Shown here: positions 48,012 through 60,733 of the stretch, one piece after another
Position numbering within the stretch: position 1 is the stretch's first letter
Layout: the number at the start of each line of letters is the position of its first letter
NCBI GenBank assembly: GCA_964234715.1
Contig: OZ174283.1
DNA length: 64,000 nucleotides
Direction: 5' to 3' (one strand)
From: Podarcis melisellensis
Taxonomy: Eukaryota
Notes under the pieces: model-generated
Databases searched by the model: none
Seen by the model: the letters and a program-made list of their open reading frames with translations, nothing else
What the model was told of the DNA's origin: nothing
Made by a program: the position numbers and the translations under genes

Positions 48012-51000
48012 CAAAAGCTGCAATCCTAAACACCCTTATATTTGGAAGTAAATTCCCCTGAATTTATTGCTTCCCAATAAGTTTGTTTATTATTAGGGTA
48101 CCAGTCAGTGTATCTGTTTTAAGAAAGATACAGAAGCAACATTCTGCACTTTTTCTGGCCGATCCATAACTTAAAATTACAAGCTGGCAGTCAAAAACAG
48201 CTCCACCACCTCCCACTTCAGCCAAGGCCATTCATTCTTCATTTCTGTCATTTAAGCACAGTTTATGAGCCCAGAAGTAATATAAGAATTTGTAAGTCCA
48301 TTACAAATGCACTTTTATAAGTAGAGAGCTTTATAAAAAAATAAAAAAGCAATTTCCTCTGGATTTTGATTACAGGACTTCAGAGACGTTGATTTTAAAG
48401 GGTCCTTGAAAACCAAAATTCCAGCTCAAAGGAAGAACTCTTTCAGGAGCAGCAGGCTTCCTGAAAATGCAAATTCTTTTTGGCAATTCTCCCACCTCTC
48501 TCCCTTGTAAACAGAGAGCATGAATGGGAAAAGTCTCAAACTGGTTGGGGAGCAGCCTGCAGTTCACATCTCTACAAGAGAGCAACCAGTGCAACTTGCT
48601 TTGATCAAAGATACTAAGCACTTGCGGTACTCCTGAAAACAGGATTGGGATTTTCAACCTGAATAATTTGTTGGGATGTCAACAACCTGAATAAGGAGGG
48701 ACAGGTAAACCTTTAAAAGGAGCCTGTCTTTTAAACATCAGTTAAGCTGCATGTGCTCCCTGTAGGTCGTGCAAATTGCTACACAGTTAATATGTCCCCT
48801 GCTCAAATCATAAATGGGGCTCAGACCCATAAAAAGGCCTTATAGGTAACCAGTCATCAGTTCTTCCACATTTGCTCTACCACAAATGTGACGCTAGCAC
48901 CCCCTAGTGGAGGATAAAAGTTTGGGAGAGACTCAGAAAGTGGTTGGGGGAAGGGGGCAGAGTATGCCTTGTGCCATTTAAGCAGAGTCTGCATTTCTTT
49001 TGCTATTGTTTGAAGAATTCTAATTATCCTGCATTTTAACAGCTTAGCACTGCCCACAGAGTTTCACAAATAAAGGCTATTACTGCTGCTTCATGCTTCA
49101 GCTCACTGATGCCTGGGCCTTGCAACAACAACAAAACAAAAAAATCACTCCCTTAAGATTTCTTTTCACCTCAAGCAGAAGCTTTGTCAAACAAGGTTCC
49201 TCTCGCCTGGCAGATCAAAATGGAGCTTGCTGCCAAGAATTGTTTTCTGGTCAGCTGAGTGTGGCAGGCCCCAGCGCCAACACCTCTGACTGCTTCGTGA
49301 ACTACAGCCACGGCTCCTATTCAGCTGTTCTGCACGCAGCCCACCAGGCAGCGAAGAGGCCGGAGGAACTCAGAAAAGAACAGATGAAAGTGTAGCTCTG
49401 GGAGGAATGGAAGGTGCTGCTAAGTCAGCTCACCAAACTCACCCAGGTGAGCAACAAGCAGCAGGCCTGCTCTGCCTGCCTTGCCTCTTCCATTTCTGGA
49501 GACTCTGAGCAAAGGAAAACCATCCCTCAGGAGGGTGGGGGTGGCTTGAACATTATCTGATAGCTATGCTTACTTGGATGACCCCTGGCAATGAACACCA
49601 AACAGCTGGGGTGACTCAACTCACAGTTTCGTGGAACTAGGACAACACTCCAGAAACCAATGTTTTGCCTTTGACTTCTGCTGCCTTGAAATATCGCTAA
49701 CAGCATATTACCACTATTGTGTTGTAGGCTTTATTTTTTTATGGCATTTCAACATCTTAATGTGGGAAACAATTTAAAGTCTAAACATACCAACCTTTCT
49801 AGAAGACGGCTGTTAAGCTGCTTCCAACCAAGTGTGCAAACACGCACAGCACTAAAGCTGTTTAATTTGCTTCACGTCAGCTCACCAGCAATTAATATGC
49901 CTGCCATAACAAGGCCCATAAAACTCGCTAGCAGTAGGGGAGTGAAATGATTATAACATTTTCTCCCCTTTCAGCAATACCCGTCTACAGTTTGAGCACT
50001 GTCAAATCTTTTTAAAAGCAGATAAAGAAGCTGAGCTGCATCTGAACAGCTGTTGTTTACTGAAGCAATAATTAGCAACAGGGATAGTGTTAAAATACCT
50101 GCTACCTGAGACAAAACCAAAACAGCACACACACACACACACACACCTGCCCCCTACCTGCTGGTTAGCCAAAAAAAAAAGCAATACAAAGAATAAGCTG
50201 CTCTGAGGTTTCTTAATTTGTTTTACTAAACAATCAAAAGCCACCCTCTCTACTGTGCACTGCTCATTTAGGCAAACCTGCTTGGTGCCACGTAATTAAA
50301 TTCAAGTTGTCCCACTTGACTTTATTATGCATCTCTGGATAATTACTAATCAATATGTGCAAGTCTGGACTTACATGGCTGTTCTAGCATATCTTCTCCA
50401 GGAAACATTTGTACCAGGTAAATAAATCAAACATATACTACAATCTGGGACCAGCATGGTACAGATTAAAACCCAATTTTAATAATTAATTTAATCATGG
50501 ATACACCCATGCAGAAAAAAACTCCTACTAAGTTACATGGATCGAGGATTGCAGCCTAAATCAACACTTCTCCAAGCTTATTCTCAAAAACCTCAATCAG
50601 ATATCTTTTACAAAGCAACCTCATCCCTTTGTTGAACAACAGGTAAAGCTTGTGAGAGTCCACACTAAAGTTGGCAGACCCAAAAATATACTGACCTTGA
50701 ACCCAGAGTATGGTCTGAAGGCTCAAGAGGATAACAGGCCTGCTCTTTTCCAATACTTGAGACTCTGAGCAAAGGGAAGTCATCCCTCAGAGGGGTGGGG
50801 GGTGGCTTGAACATTATCTGACATGCACCACACACACACTGCCTTGGGTTCCAGGCATGAACTGTGACATAAATGTAAGAACATAAATAATGTAGGACAT
50901 CTGAGTAGGACTTAGTTAAACCCACTGGTCACAACCTGGGGCCCTACTAAGCGTTTGTTACAACCGACAGACATTCCTTTGTTAGGCAGATTAGCAATTG

Positions 51001-51225
51001 CCCAGATTGGTTAGCTGGTTGGTAGTTAATCAGTAGGTTATGAAATGGTCCTCTTGAGCGTCTAAAGACATTGTTTGATTGTTTTAAAGATGAGAGCCAT
51101 CAAACCTTGAGGAAAGGGGGTTCTCCTTTACTCAGCTTAGAGGAGGCATATGTGTGTGAAGAAACAACAATCTGAGACACATCTGAAACAGACACAGATA
51201 GGAAGGAGTTATCTAAGGAGGGGAG

Positions 51226-51227
<2 letters not shown>

Positions 51228-51272
<45 letters not shown>
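51228..51272. repeat. (CT)n microsatellite
   Basis: Direct observation. Confidence 0.95.
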
Positions 51273-51274
<2 letters not shown>

Positions 51275-51694
51275 ACTTGATACGGCACAGCAGATCTCCT
51301 GCCTCACTGGAGTGTGAATGTTGCTTGTAAATAAAGCAGTATTTTAAGTCTCCAGTGTTCTTTCCACCAAAAGAAATGCAGCCTGGGTAATGCTGCCTCT
51401 CTAGAACTTCTTACTGCTCTGGAAGTGAACTGCTGTAACCAATCGTTTTGATTTTTTTTTCAGGATAAGCCAGAAAAACAGCATCCTTTTCAGGACTGGA
51501 AACATTATTCTGATTTTGCCAGAAGGAAACACAGTGGTTGAACTCTTTCAAAGCACACTCAAAGAGAGGCCACCTTTCTGGGCACATCTGGGGTAGGTAG
51601 GAGAGCAGCATCTGACCTGACAACCTGCTGACTTCACTTTCTACTGCTGCAGACCTATCCCAGACCTATGCACTTCCCAGCCCTTCATTTAACC

Positions 51695-52021
51695 CAGGGG
51701 TAGGCAACCTGAGGCCCGTGGGCCGGATGCAGTCCAATCACCTTCTCAATCCAGCCAACGAACTGAAATCAGTTCTGGAATCAGCGTGTTTTTACATGAG
51801 TAGAATGTGTTCTTTTATTTAAAATTATCTCTGGGTTATTTGTGGGGCCTGCCTGGTGTTTTTACATGAGTAGAATGTGTGCTTTTATTTAAAATGCATC
51901 TCTGGGTTATCTGTGGGGCATATGAATTCGTTCACCCCCCCCAAAAAAATATAGTGCAGCCCACCACATGGTCTGAGGGACGGTGGACCGGCACATGGCT
52001 GAAAAAGGTTGCTGAAATCTG
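51695..52021. mobile_element. hAT-type MITE with perfect 8-bp TSD ATTTAACC and an internal ~70-bp duplication
   Basis: CAGGGGTAGGCAACCT ... AGGTTGCTGAAATCTG, with TSD at 51687-51694 and 52022-52029. Confidence 0.9.
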
Positions 52022-52643
52022 ATTTAACCCTTGACTCCGATTCCTAGGAAGTATTACACAGAAAGGAAAAGACCCTTTCTTGTTAAATTAGAAGGAAATA
52101 GCTCACATGTTCCTGCAAGTTATCTAAGTCCCACCTAAAGATGCTCAATAAGGTAAAAAAGAGAAGAAAAGGTGTGACTATTATCAGGAAGGAAGGAAAT
52201 ACCACAAGGTAAAACAGGTGTTGCCTGTGATACCTGGCATGATGTCTGAATTAGCTTTCACAGTGAAGGAGCTCAAAATGATTATCAGGAGCCTGTGCTC
52301 TTTCACCATCAAAACCAAGCAAAATAGGTTAAAGTAAACACTCCTGCAGTGACAGCCGCTGAGCAACAGAAGGAAATTCCTTGCTGACAGGCTGCAGTTA
52401 AGGCAGACTAGCAAGCCTGAAGTGCACAACCCAGACGTAACACACAATCATAACTGTGCACTGAAACCACCAGAATGAGCAGTCATAGCACCGTGAGTAA
52501 GCAACAGAGTAGAAGTCTTTCCACTGAAATGCTTCCTGGTGTCTAAACTAGAGTTCAAACTAACATTTCAAATTTCTTTCTCTTGCTCACTCCTGTATAT
52601 CCTTCTTGAAGATTTTTGTTTTGTTTCTGTAAAAACAATGAAG

Positions 52644-52789
52644 CAGTGGCGTAGCGTGGGGGGTGCAGGGGGGCCAGCCGCACCGGGCACAACATCTGGG
52701 GGTTAGGCTTAGGGGGCGCAAATCCACGGGTTAGGGGGCGCAAATTACTTGCCTTGCCCCGGGTGCTGACAACCCACGCTACGCCACTG
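52644..52789. mobile_element. 146-bp hAT-type MITE, perfect 17-bp TIR, 8-bp TSD CAATGAAG
   Basis: TIR CAGTGGCGTAGCGTGGG at both ends. TSD at 52636-52643 and 52790-52797. Confidence 0.92.
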
Positions 52790-53254
52790 CAATGAAGTGG
52801 GAATCTTTCACCCTTGGCTATGAGCTTTAGGACACAACTGGATGTGATGTGGGAGATCTGCAATCAGGATTTCCTGTGTGGTGATTTTTGTTTTTTAAGT
52901 GAAAAGCAGCTAAAGGGAAGAGGCATGTGAGGAACAAGTATAACCCTTTCTCTCCTGTTGTTTTCCTGAACTAAATTATGTCACCAAAGCCACTCTTTGC
53001 CCCATTGGGAAACCATACATGTATGCTCTCCTCCAGCACAAATTCCTCAATCTAACCCCTATCCCCAAAAACCTGTTTTTTTAACTTTTTAAAATCACTG
53101 GAGATCACACCTAGTCAGGATGCCCAGATGCAAAAGAGGACAGGGCTCCTACAGTGCAAAATTTAATTTATAAGTCAGTGCATCCACCTCACAAGCCCCA
53201 GGTGCCTTTGCCTAAAAAAAATCAAGTGCTTTGAGGATGACTTGATCAAAATTA

Positions 53255-53642
53255 CATGCCCTCCAACATTTCTCCAATTAAAACAGGGACGTCCCATTCC
53301 GTAATGATAATTTTACTATTTATACCCCACACATCTTACTGGGTTGCCCCCAGCTACTCTGTGCAGCTTCCAACATATATAAAAAGATAATAAAACATGA
53401 AACATTAAAAAAAACTTCCCTATACAGGATTGCCTTCAGATGGCTCAGGGGTCGGATAACTCCATACCCTCCAACATTTCTCCAGTGAAAACAGGGACAT
53501 CTTACCATACTCTCCAACATTTCCCCAATGAAAATAGGGATGTCCTAAGGAAAAGCAGGACATTCTGAGATCAAATCAGAAACCGGGACGGCTTCTCTAA
53601 ATCAAGGACATCCCTGGAAAATAGGGACACTTAAAGGGTCTG
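53255..53642. mobile_element. Composite DNA-transposon-like repeat with three copies of a ~40-bp terminal unit and an embedded LINE tail
   Basis: cat(a/g)c(c/t)ctccaacattt...aaaa(c/t)aggga(c/t) at 53255, 53463 and 53506. The right end is aaatagggacacttaaagggtctg. An L2-like tail sits at ~53310-53440. Confidence 0.65.
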
Positions 53643-53909
53643 AAATTGTGCACTGCTGTCTCACTCCCAGCTTTTCTCATCTAGCAACACCACTTTCTAA
53701 TGAAGCTTGGACTTCTGGCAGCGGACAGGCTGATTTCATGCCACATCAAACACAGGACAGGAAGGCAAGTGATCAGGCAAAAGCAGGAAATGCAGGCCTG
53801 GTAAGTTTTTCTCCTCTTAAAGGAATAGGAAACCCAGCCAGAGATTTGTTTTCTTGAATCTCAGAACTTTAAGGTCCAGAAGGCATTCTGCAACCATGAT
53901 TTTACCATA

Positions 53910-55042
53910 ATTCAGTGGCTCTTGATACTATCGATCATAGTAGCCTCATGAACTGCTCTGTGGGACAGGAACAATATTCTACCATGGTTCTGCCCCTGCC
54001 TACAGACAACTGCCTACAGACAACTACAGACAACTCCAAAGGACAACTGTTTCAGCCCCATGGTCTTTGCACTGTGGTGCACCACAGGGTAAAACTTTGT
54101 CACTATCTATATGAAGCCATTGGATGTGGTCATTCAGAGTACTGGCGCAAAGTGTCAAAAATACACTGATGATACAGCTCTATTTCTCCGTAACATCAGT
54201 GTTAGGAGAAGGTGTGCATGATCTGGACTGATGTCTGGGTGCAGAGATGAGGTGCAGAGGATGAGAGCCAATAAACCTTGGGAAGATGGAGGCACTGTGG
54301 GCCAGTGGGCCCCACGTCCAGGAAATTATCCATTTGCCTGTTCTGGATTGGGCTCCTTCTGAAATAAGAGGATCCAGCTTTGCCATTCGAAGGTCAGACA
54401 GCCTCCATGACTTCTATTAGTTATGACTTGTACTCCAGTTATGGCCATTCTTGTATAGGGATAGTCTGGCCACAGGGATTCATGGATTGGTAACCTCAAG
54501 GCTCAATTATTGCAACATGACCTATGCAGGGCTACCCCTGAGCCTAGTCCAAGGTTCCAGCTGGTGCAAAACACCACAGCTAAAATGTTGATGGAGACAG
54601 ACCATCACTCCAGTGGCCAAAAGCTTGCACTGGCTGCCCATATACTGCTGGGCCAGGTTTAAAGTTCTAGTATTATGTTACAAAGCCCTTAAGACTTTGG
54701 GTCCAGGAAACCTCAGGGACTGCCTGATCTCTTAATGCCTAATTACTGAGGTGTTGAGGGAAGTCACTGTTAGCGCTTCCCTCCTGGTTCATATCCATGA
54801 ATCGTATCCACAAGGAGCAGTGTGTTCAGTTTTGTGGGTCCAATTCTGTGGAACTTCCATCCAGTTGAGATAGACAGGCTCCCTCTATCTTGAAGTCACT
54901 GAAGACTTTTTATTTCAGCATACTTTTTAATCTGAATTCTGATTTTATATTTTTGACTTGTTTTTAGTCTTATTGTATTGGGGTCCCCCATGCACTGCTT
55001 AGAGGCAGCTGTGATGAAGTGGCACAAAATTGTTAAATAAAT
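53910..55042 (+). mobile_element. Decayed L2-clade LINE ORF2 (RT) and 3' end
   Basis: Degenerate motifs: (S)VALDTIDH (~53912-53938, cf. SAAFDTIDH), YTDDT (54162-54176, cf. YADD) and LHWLP (54625-54639) followed by FKVLVLCYKAL. A/T-rich tail and multiple frameshifts. Confidence 0.85.
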
Positions 55043-56345
55043 AGGCCATCATCACAGCTCTGCGACACTTGAAAACAACATTTTGCATCCAGAAGCAAGA
55101 GCACCTGAAGCTTGAGTATTCCACACACGCCCTTTTTGGCAAATGGCATTCGGACTGAGGCCTGCCTCTCAAGTCTCCTTTCCAGGCTATGGTTGTTTGA
55201 TTCCTGCCACTCAGTGGAATCGTGTGTGAAGTTTCTGATTTGTGTTGACTCCTCCAGAGTGGGAGAAAAAGCTGATCTTCAAAGGGGAAAACAGCATCAA
55301 CCACTGATTAAAGTGCAGCTTTAGCATGCTGCTCAAACGCAACTGGGTGCATCTCACATGGCACATTCTGATTAGGAGCGTGCAGAAAACTCAAAGGAAG
55401 GACTTCTTTTTCTTTTTCCAGCAAGCTGATAGGCAGAATGATGAAAGTTTAAGGGATTTTTTAATAGCTTCGGATTTAAAACACAAAATGCAATTGAACT
55501 AAGTGCAGTAAATCCAATTAGTCACCCTGGCTCTGTCCTTTTATTAGTTATTTCATTGAGTTTTAATAGGCTCTTTGGCCCTGTCTAGAACAGAGGCAAG
55601 AGGGCTTTGACCTGAAGGAGGCCTGCACCAAAAGGTACTCTGTCAAATTTGTGATGCAAGCACAGAGCTTTATCTGCAGTAGAGTGCATGGTCTGTCCAC
55701 CACTCTGCTACCCTGAACCAGCAGACACTTAGTGCCCCCTCCCCTGGCCACTGACAGATTTGCGGAACTGAAGAATGGGGAGACTACATAAGCACTGTCG
55801 TGGGGCACATTGTTAGGAGATATATTTCAAAGACTTGGTGAACTCAGGCAACCCTCAGACCCCAGGGGCTTCAGCACATGCAAATTCCAAAAAGGTACAC
55901 CATCCAAGCTGCAGTTTGGATATGGGTATTAGTGGTACACTGAGGCAATCCCAGTAGCACACTCTCTACTCCTGTTCATTGCCAAACAATCTGACTGGCT
56001 GGTCCCCATAGTCACAGCTGTAGTACCAGTCAGGATACAGGATACAGGTTTGTTTATTCCTCCTTTGCAGGAGGATAGGGCAACTAACCAACTGCTGGAT
56101 GTCCCTCCAATTGGGAGCTTCTCCATTCCACTTTCCTACTTTTCATCTTATACATGGATCTAGTACCTTATCTCAAACTTAGTATTTATGCTGCACTGAT
56201 TGGCCAGCAGCACTCTAAGATTTCAGGCAGGGTTTACCCAGAAAAGCCAGGGATTGAACCGAAGACCTTCTGCATGGACATGCTGCTGCAGTTTCTGGAT
56301 TTTACAAGAATCCTCACAACAAGAGTGGTTCTAGCCTATGTACTA

Positions 56346-56571
56346 CAGTGATGCCTTGGTTTGCAACCATAATCCGTTCCAGAGGTCCGGTTGTAACCCA
56401 AAACAGGTTGTAACCCAAGGTACGCTTTTGCCAATGGGCCTCTAAAAAAAATGGGTTGTAATCCCAAAAAATAAATAAATGGGTTGTAATCCCAAAAAGG
56501 GGGACACACAATTTAGGGTTTGACATGGTTGTAATCCAAAACAAACCAAGTTGCAAACCAAGGTATCACTG
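56346..56571. mobile_element. Tc1/mariner-type MITE, TA TSD
   Basis: TIR CAGTGATGCCTTGGTTTGCAAC / CAGTGATACCTTGGTTTGCAAC flanked by TA, with an internally repeated ggttgtaa(t/c)cc motif. Confidence 0.88.
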
Positions 56572-57327
56572 TATGTGCAATACTTTAGGAAAGTATTGTT
56601 GTTTGTGAGCAGACATGCATGACAAACTCCATTTCCGGATCACTCTTTCATAGCTAACAAATTGAGCCAAACATGGGTTTTGAAGGGCCTCTGCTCCAAG
56701 AGTGTTGAGTTATATGCCACATGTCAAAACTAAAATTAAGTGTGAAATTGCAGACACCTAGATTATTGAGTTAACCATCCATGGGAGAGCAGCAGGTCAC
56801 ACTATGGCTCTACAAATAGGTTTTACTATATAAACATAAAGCAAAGATTGCTAAGTGTATCAACATCCCTATAAGGAGCCGAGTATTCTAGGGCAGCTTA
56901 TATACAGCAGAACAAGGACAAGCAATTTTTTTGTGACCCAATGTTTACAGCAGAGAAAGGTCTAAGCAAAGGTCAGGCAAAATTGTCCTGGAAATATCAT
57001 CAGTGTTACATTTAAGTGGTCACTTAAGCTAAAGGTTGCTTATTGCTGGAGTCTGCAAATGTTGTAGCTATTCACTCCCTGATAATCATGTTGTTTTATT
57101 TTTTCCATTTATTTATTGAGTAAATCGAACTAATAAAAACACAAACCATGACTGTCATGGGAACACTCCAAGGAGGAGTGATCCAGTGCGGCAGAGGAAA
57201 GGAGGGGGGTGCTGGCGTCAACTGTATTTTTACTCACAAAGCAATCGATACAGTTTAACACAAATAGTCCTTGAATGTTCCACATTGTGCATTGCTTTCC
57301 TAGGGATCGGAGGGGAAAGTATATTAA

Positions 57328-57332
<5 letters not shown>

Positions 57333-57378
<46 letters not shown>
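57333..57378. repeat. (CT)n microsatellite
   Basis: Direct observation. Confidence 0.95.
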
Positions 57379-57381
<3 letters not shown>

Positions 57382-57457
57382 GTTTCATACATTCCTTTTG
57401 GACTTATTTTCCTTCTCTCTAGAGCTTCACATCCCATGAAGGGACCTACATCTAAAG

Positions 57458-57595
57458 CAGGGCTGGGCAAACTTTCGCCTTACAGATGTTGTTGAATTCC
57501 AATTTCCATCAGCCCCAACCAGAATAGCCAATGGCTAGGCAAGATGGGAGTTGTACTCCGGTAGCATCTAGAGGGCGAAAGGGTTCTCAGCCCTG
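57458..57595. mobile_element. hAT-type palindromic MITE with 8-bp TSD ATCTAAAG
   Basis: CAGGGCTG...CAGCCCTG termini, TSD at 57450-57457 and 57596-57603, and internal ccatc/gatgggagttgta arms. Confidence 0.88.
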
Positions 57596-59161
57596 ATCTA
57601 AAGCATGACATAAAATAAAAACAGCTGCAAATAAATTTTAAAATAATACAAAAAATAACTGAAGATAAATTTTAAAACAATACAAAACAAACATCAGTGG
57701 CAGAGAGACCTTTTCATTCAGATGGAAAAGCTTAGTGTGCAACAGTTGTTCTTCTGTCCAACACAGATTGGTGGGGAGGACAAAGTCTGAAAAACGCCTG
57801 TGGTCTACAGGCAAGAGCAGGAACACTTAAGGCTAAAGCTGCCTTTTTACAACCTCTTTATTCAAACCTAAGGAGACACTGCTCTGTTATGTGGATTAGT
57901 TTAATTACATTTCGTTATTCAGCTTCCACAACAAGCAGAATCAGAATAGGGAAACTGTACATGGAGAAAAAGCTGCTGAAACTCATGACAGACTCGTCTT
58001 CTTTTTTTATCATCTCCCAATAAGACCTACAGGGGTCAGGTATAGTAAGATCACTTTTCTAGGAAACATGAATTCATTATTTAAAGTCAGGTTACAGAAT
58101 TTGATCTACCTATGTTTAGTACTGAGGTCAGTCGTGTATATATATAGTATAAAAATCAAGCAGGCCTAAAATATACACACTAGTTACACATGTCATGTCT
58201 AGTAGATCAGTCCACATATGCCTCAGCCAATATTTATCCTCTGTGCAAAAATCCTGTAAATTCCTTTTTGAAAGCATAAGTCTGAGAGCCATTATGAGAC
58301 TAGCCTCATCCCTGATGGCATTTGGACAGGCAGTGAAAGCAGTCCATGTGCCTTTAAATATATGACTGAAGGTTATTTTAACTGTTCCATTTTGGTTCTA
58401 ATGTTTTAGTTTCAGTTTTTTGTTTGGCTTTATTTTCTTTTATGTAATCCACTTTGGGGACCTTGTTAGGGCAGTGTATTTTTGAAGCAAATAAATGTAT
58501 GTTCCTATTTCTTTAATTTTTTAAAAATACAGGTTCATAGGTTAGTGAGACATTGCTATGGGCATAAACCCTACTCCTCTTCTCTAATTCTTTGCACAAG
58601 AATCCATTCCAAATATTATTTTTTATAAAAAACACACCAAACTGCAGGTATGCAGGGGAGTAACCTGTAATATTATGACACAAATATTATTCACATAACA
58701 ATTACAATAGCAGCAAATGAGCTATGTGGTTGAAGGACTGCATATGTCAAGGTGCAAAACACTTTGTGTGCTCAGTGAACAGGATGCCCCCACAATCTTG
58801 AGGGAAGCTGTGATGCTTTGTTCAATGAATTAAAAACTACTGGCACCATTCCTTATCTTTTTAACTGACACGGGCTTTCCCATGCCTTTAACAGCTATAT
58901 GACAGGTGGGTCTCAACAGGTAAACCTCTTCCCATCACTGCATCTCCATGATGCAGAGAAGTCATCTGGTGGTTTCTATCTATTACAGAGTTGTTAAATA
59001 GATGCATCCTTTGCCCATTTAGAAAAGTGGCAACCCAGGAGAAAAGGCCACACAGAGGCTACTTTAAAGTGAACAAGTAGCTGCTCAGGAATACCTTCCA
59101 AAATATGTTTCATCATTGGAGATGAATTATTCACAAGTGATGTCTGCTAACAATGACAATA

Positions 59162-59517
59162 CAGTGGTGCCCCGCAAGACGAACGCCTCGCAAGACGAAA
59201 AACCCGCTAGACGAAAGGGTTTTCCGTTTTGGAGGCGCTTCGTAAAACGAATTCCCCTATGGGGTTGCTTCACAAGACGAAAAAAATCTTGCATCCCCCC
59301 GTGGTTTTTTTCCGCTTTTTTCTCCCTTTTCCTAAGCCGCTAAGCCGCTTATCAGCTATTCCGCTGATAAGCCGCTTAACAGCTGATCGCTGGAAGCCGC
59401 TTGACAGCTGTAGCGCTAATCCGCTAAGCTGTCAATGGGCTTGCTTCGCAAGACGAAAAAACCGCTATACGAAGAGCCTCACGGAACGGATTAATTTCGT
59501 CTTGCGAGGCACCACTG
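59162..59517. mobile_element. Tc1/mariner-type MITE, TA TSD
   Basis: 22-bp TIR CAGTGGTGCC(C/T)CGCAAGACGAA, repeated subterminal caagacgaa, and internal aagccgct repeats. Confidence 0.92.
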
Positions 59518-60505
59518 TATTCTAAATATATAATGCAAACAGGTTTCTTACCTGTTCATTATGTTGTCAAGCTGGCATGCTGCACAATTCGCTTTCATCA
59601 AAGGTACGGTGTATGCTCATTTAACCATTTGAAGATTGTATAGATCAGTTTGCTCCTATGTAGATGAAATAAACAATCAAAAATAATATTGGTCAATAAT
59701 AAAAATGGCTCAAGAGGTTATCACTTACTTTCTAACATAGCAAGTCATTCAAACAGTGCTGAAAAAGAGATAGTCCACACAAACCTCTTGCACAGTATCA
59801 TATTATAAACGGAGTACATTTACAAGATACTTGGTGCAATTTCTTTAGATGCCATTTATTATTCCACACAGTCCTCAACATTCAGAATTTACTATCCATG
59901 GATTATAGCAACATGGTACAGAGTAGACTCATATTTGAAGAGTGAAAGAAGTTACCAGCAGAAATAATGGCAAATGGAAGCAATTGGGAAAGGGGTCACA
60001 GAATTGTGCAGCCTCCTCCACATTTCTGAGGCTGTTCTGCCACATTTTATGCCAAGATTAGATACAGAAACTTACATACAAAACATTTAGCAATAGATTA
60101 TGGGATGTGACCTACAACACTGGTCCACACTTAACACAATAATATTTTATTATGATCTACTGCTTGCAGACAAGTGAATCCTGCACTCTGCACATAGGTT
60201 AACATTTCAGCTAATTTTCAAGAATGGCATTTCCCAGATCTACAGAAATTTCTACATCATGGTAACACTGGCCTTGGGACACTAACCTTCTGTGACTCGC
60301 CCTGTGCATCTCCCTTTCCCTCTGAGAGTGCCACAGAGGCTATTTCCTTCCCCCCTATGTCCGTAATTCTCATACCAATGGCTATATTGTGCTCCTTTCC
60401 ATATTCTGGGACACATACATCAGATTTGTCATTGAAGAATTGATGATTATGCAAGATCCCCTGTAACCCACTTTGAATACAGCCTACTAGCTTGTGGCAA
60501 ATGTA

Positions 60506-60733
60506 TAGTGGTACCTCCGGTTAAAAACTCTTAACCCGTTCTGGAGGTCCGTTCTTAACGTGAAACTGTTCTTAACCTGAGGTACCACTTTAGCTAATGG
60601 GGCCTTCTGCTGCTGCCACACCACCGGAGCACGATTTCTGTTCTCATCCTGAAGCAAAGTTCTTAACCTGAGGTACTATTTTTGGGTTAGCAGAGGCTGT
60701 AACCTGAAGCGTCTGTAACCCGAGGTACCACTG
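60506..60733. mobile_element. Tc1/mariner-type MITE (CAGTGGTACCTC family)
   Basis: (t)agtggtacctccggtt ... aacccgaggtaccactg. Reverse-complement similar to 63564-63805. Confidence 0.88.

Noticed and set aside
50891-51622. Possible solo LTR (TGTAGG...CCTGACA, internal CT tract and AATAAA)
   Set aside because: There is no matching TSD and the boundaries are uncertain, so it is not supportable without a repeat library.
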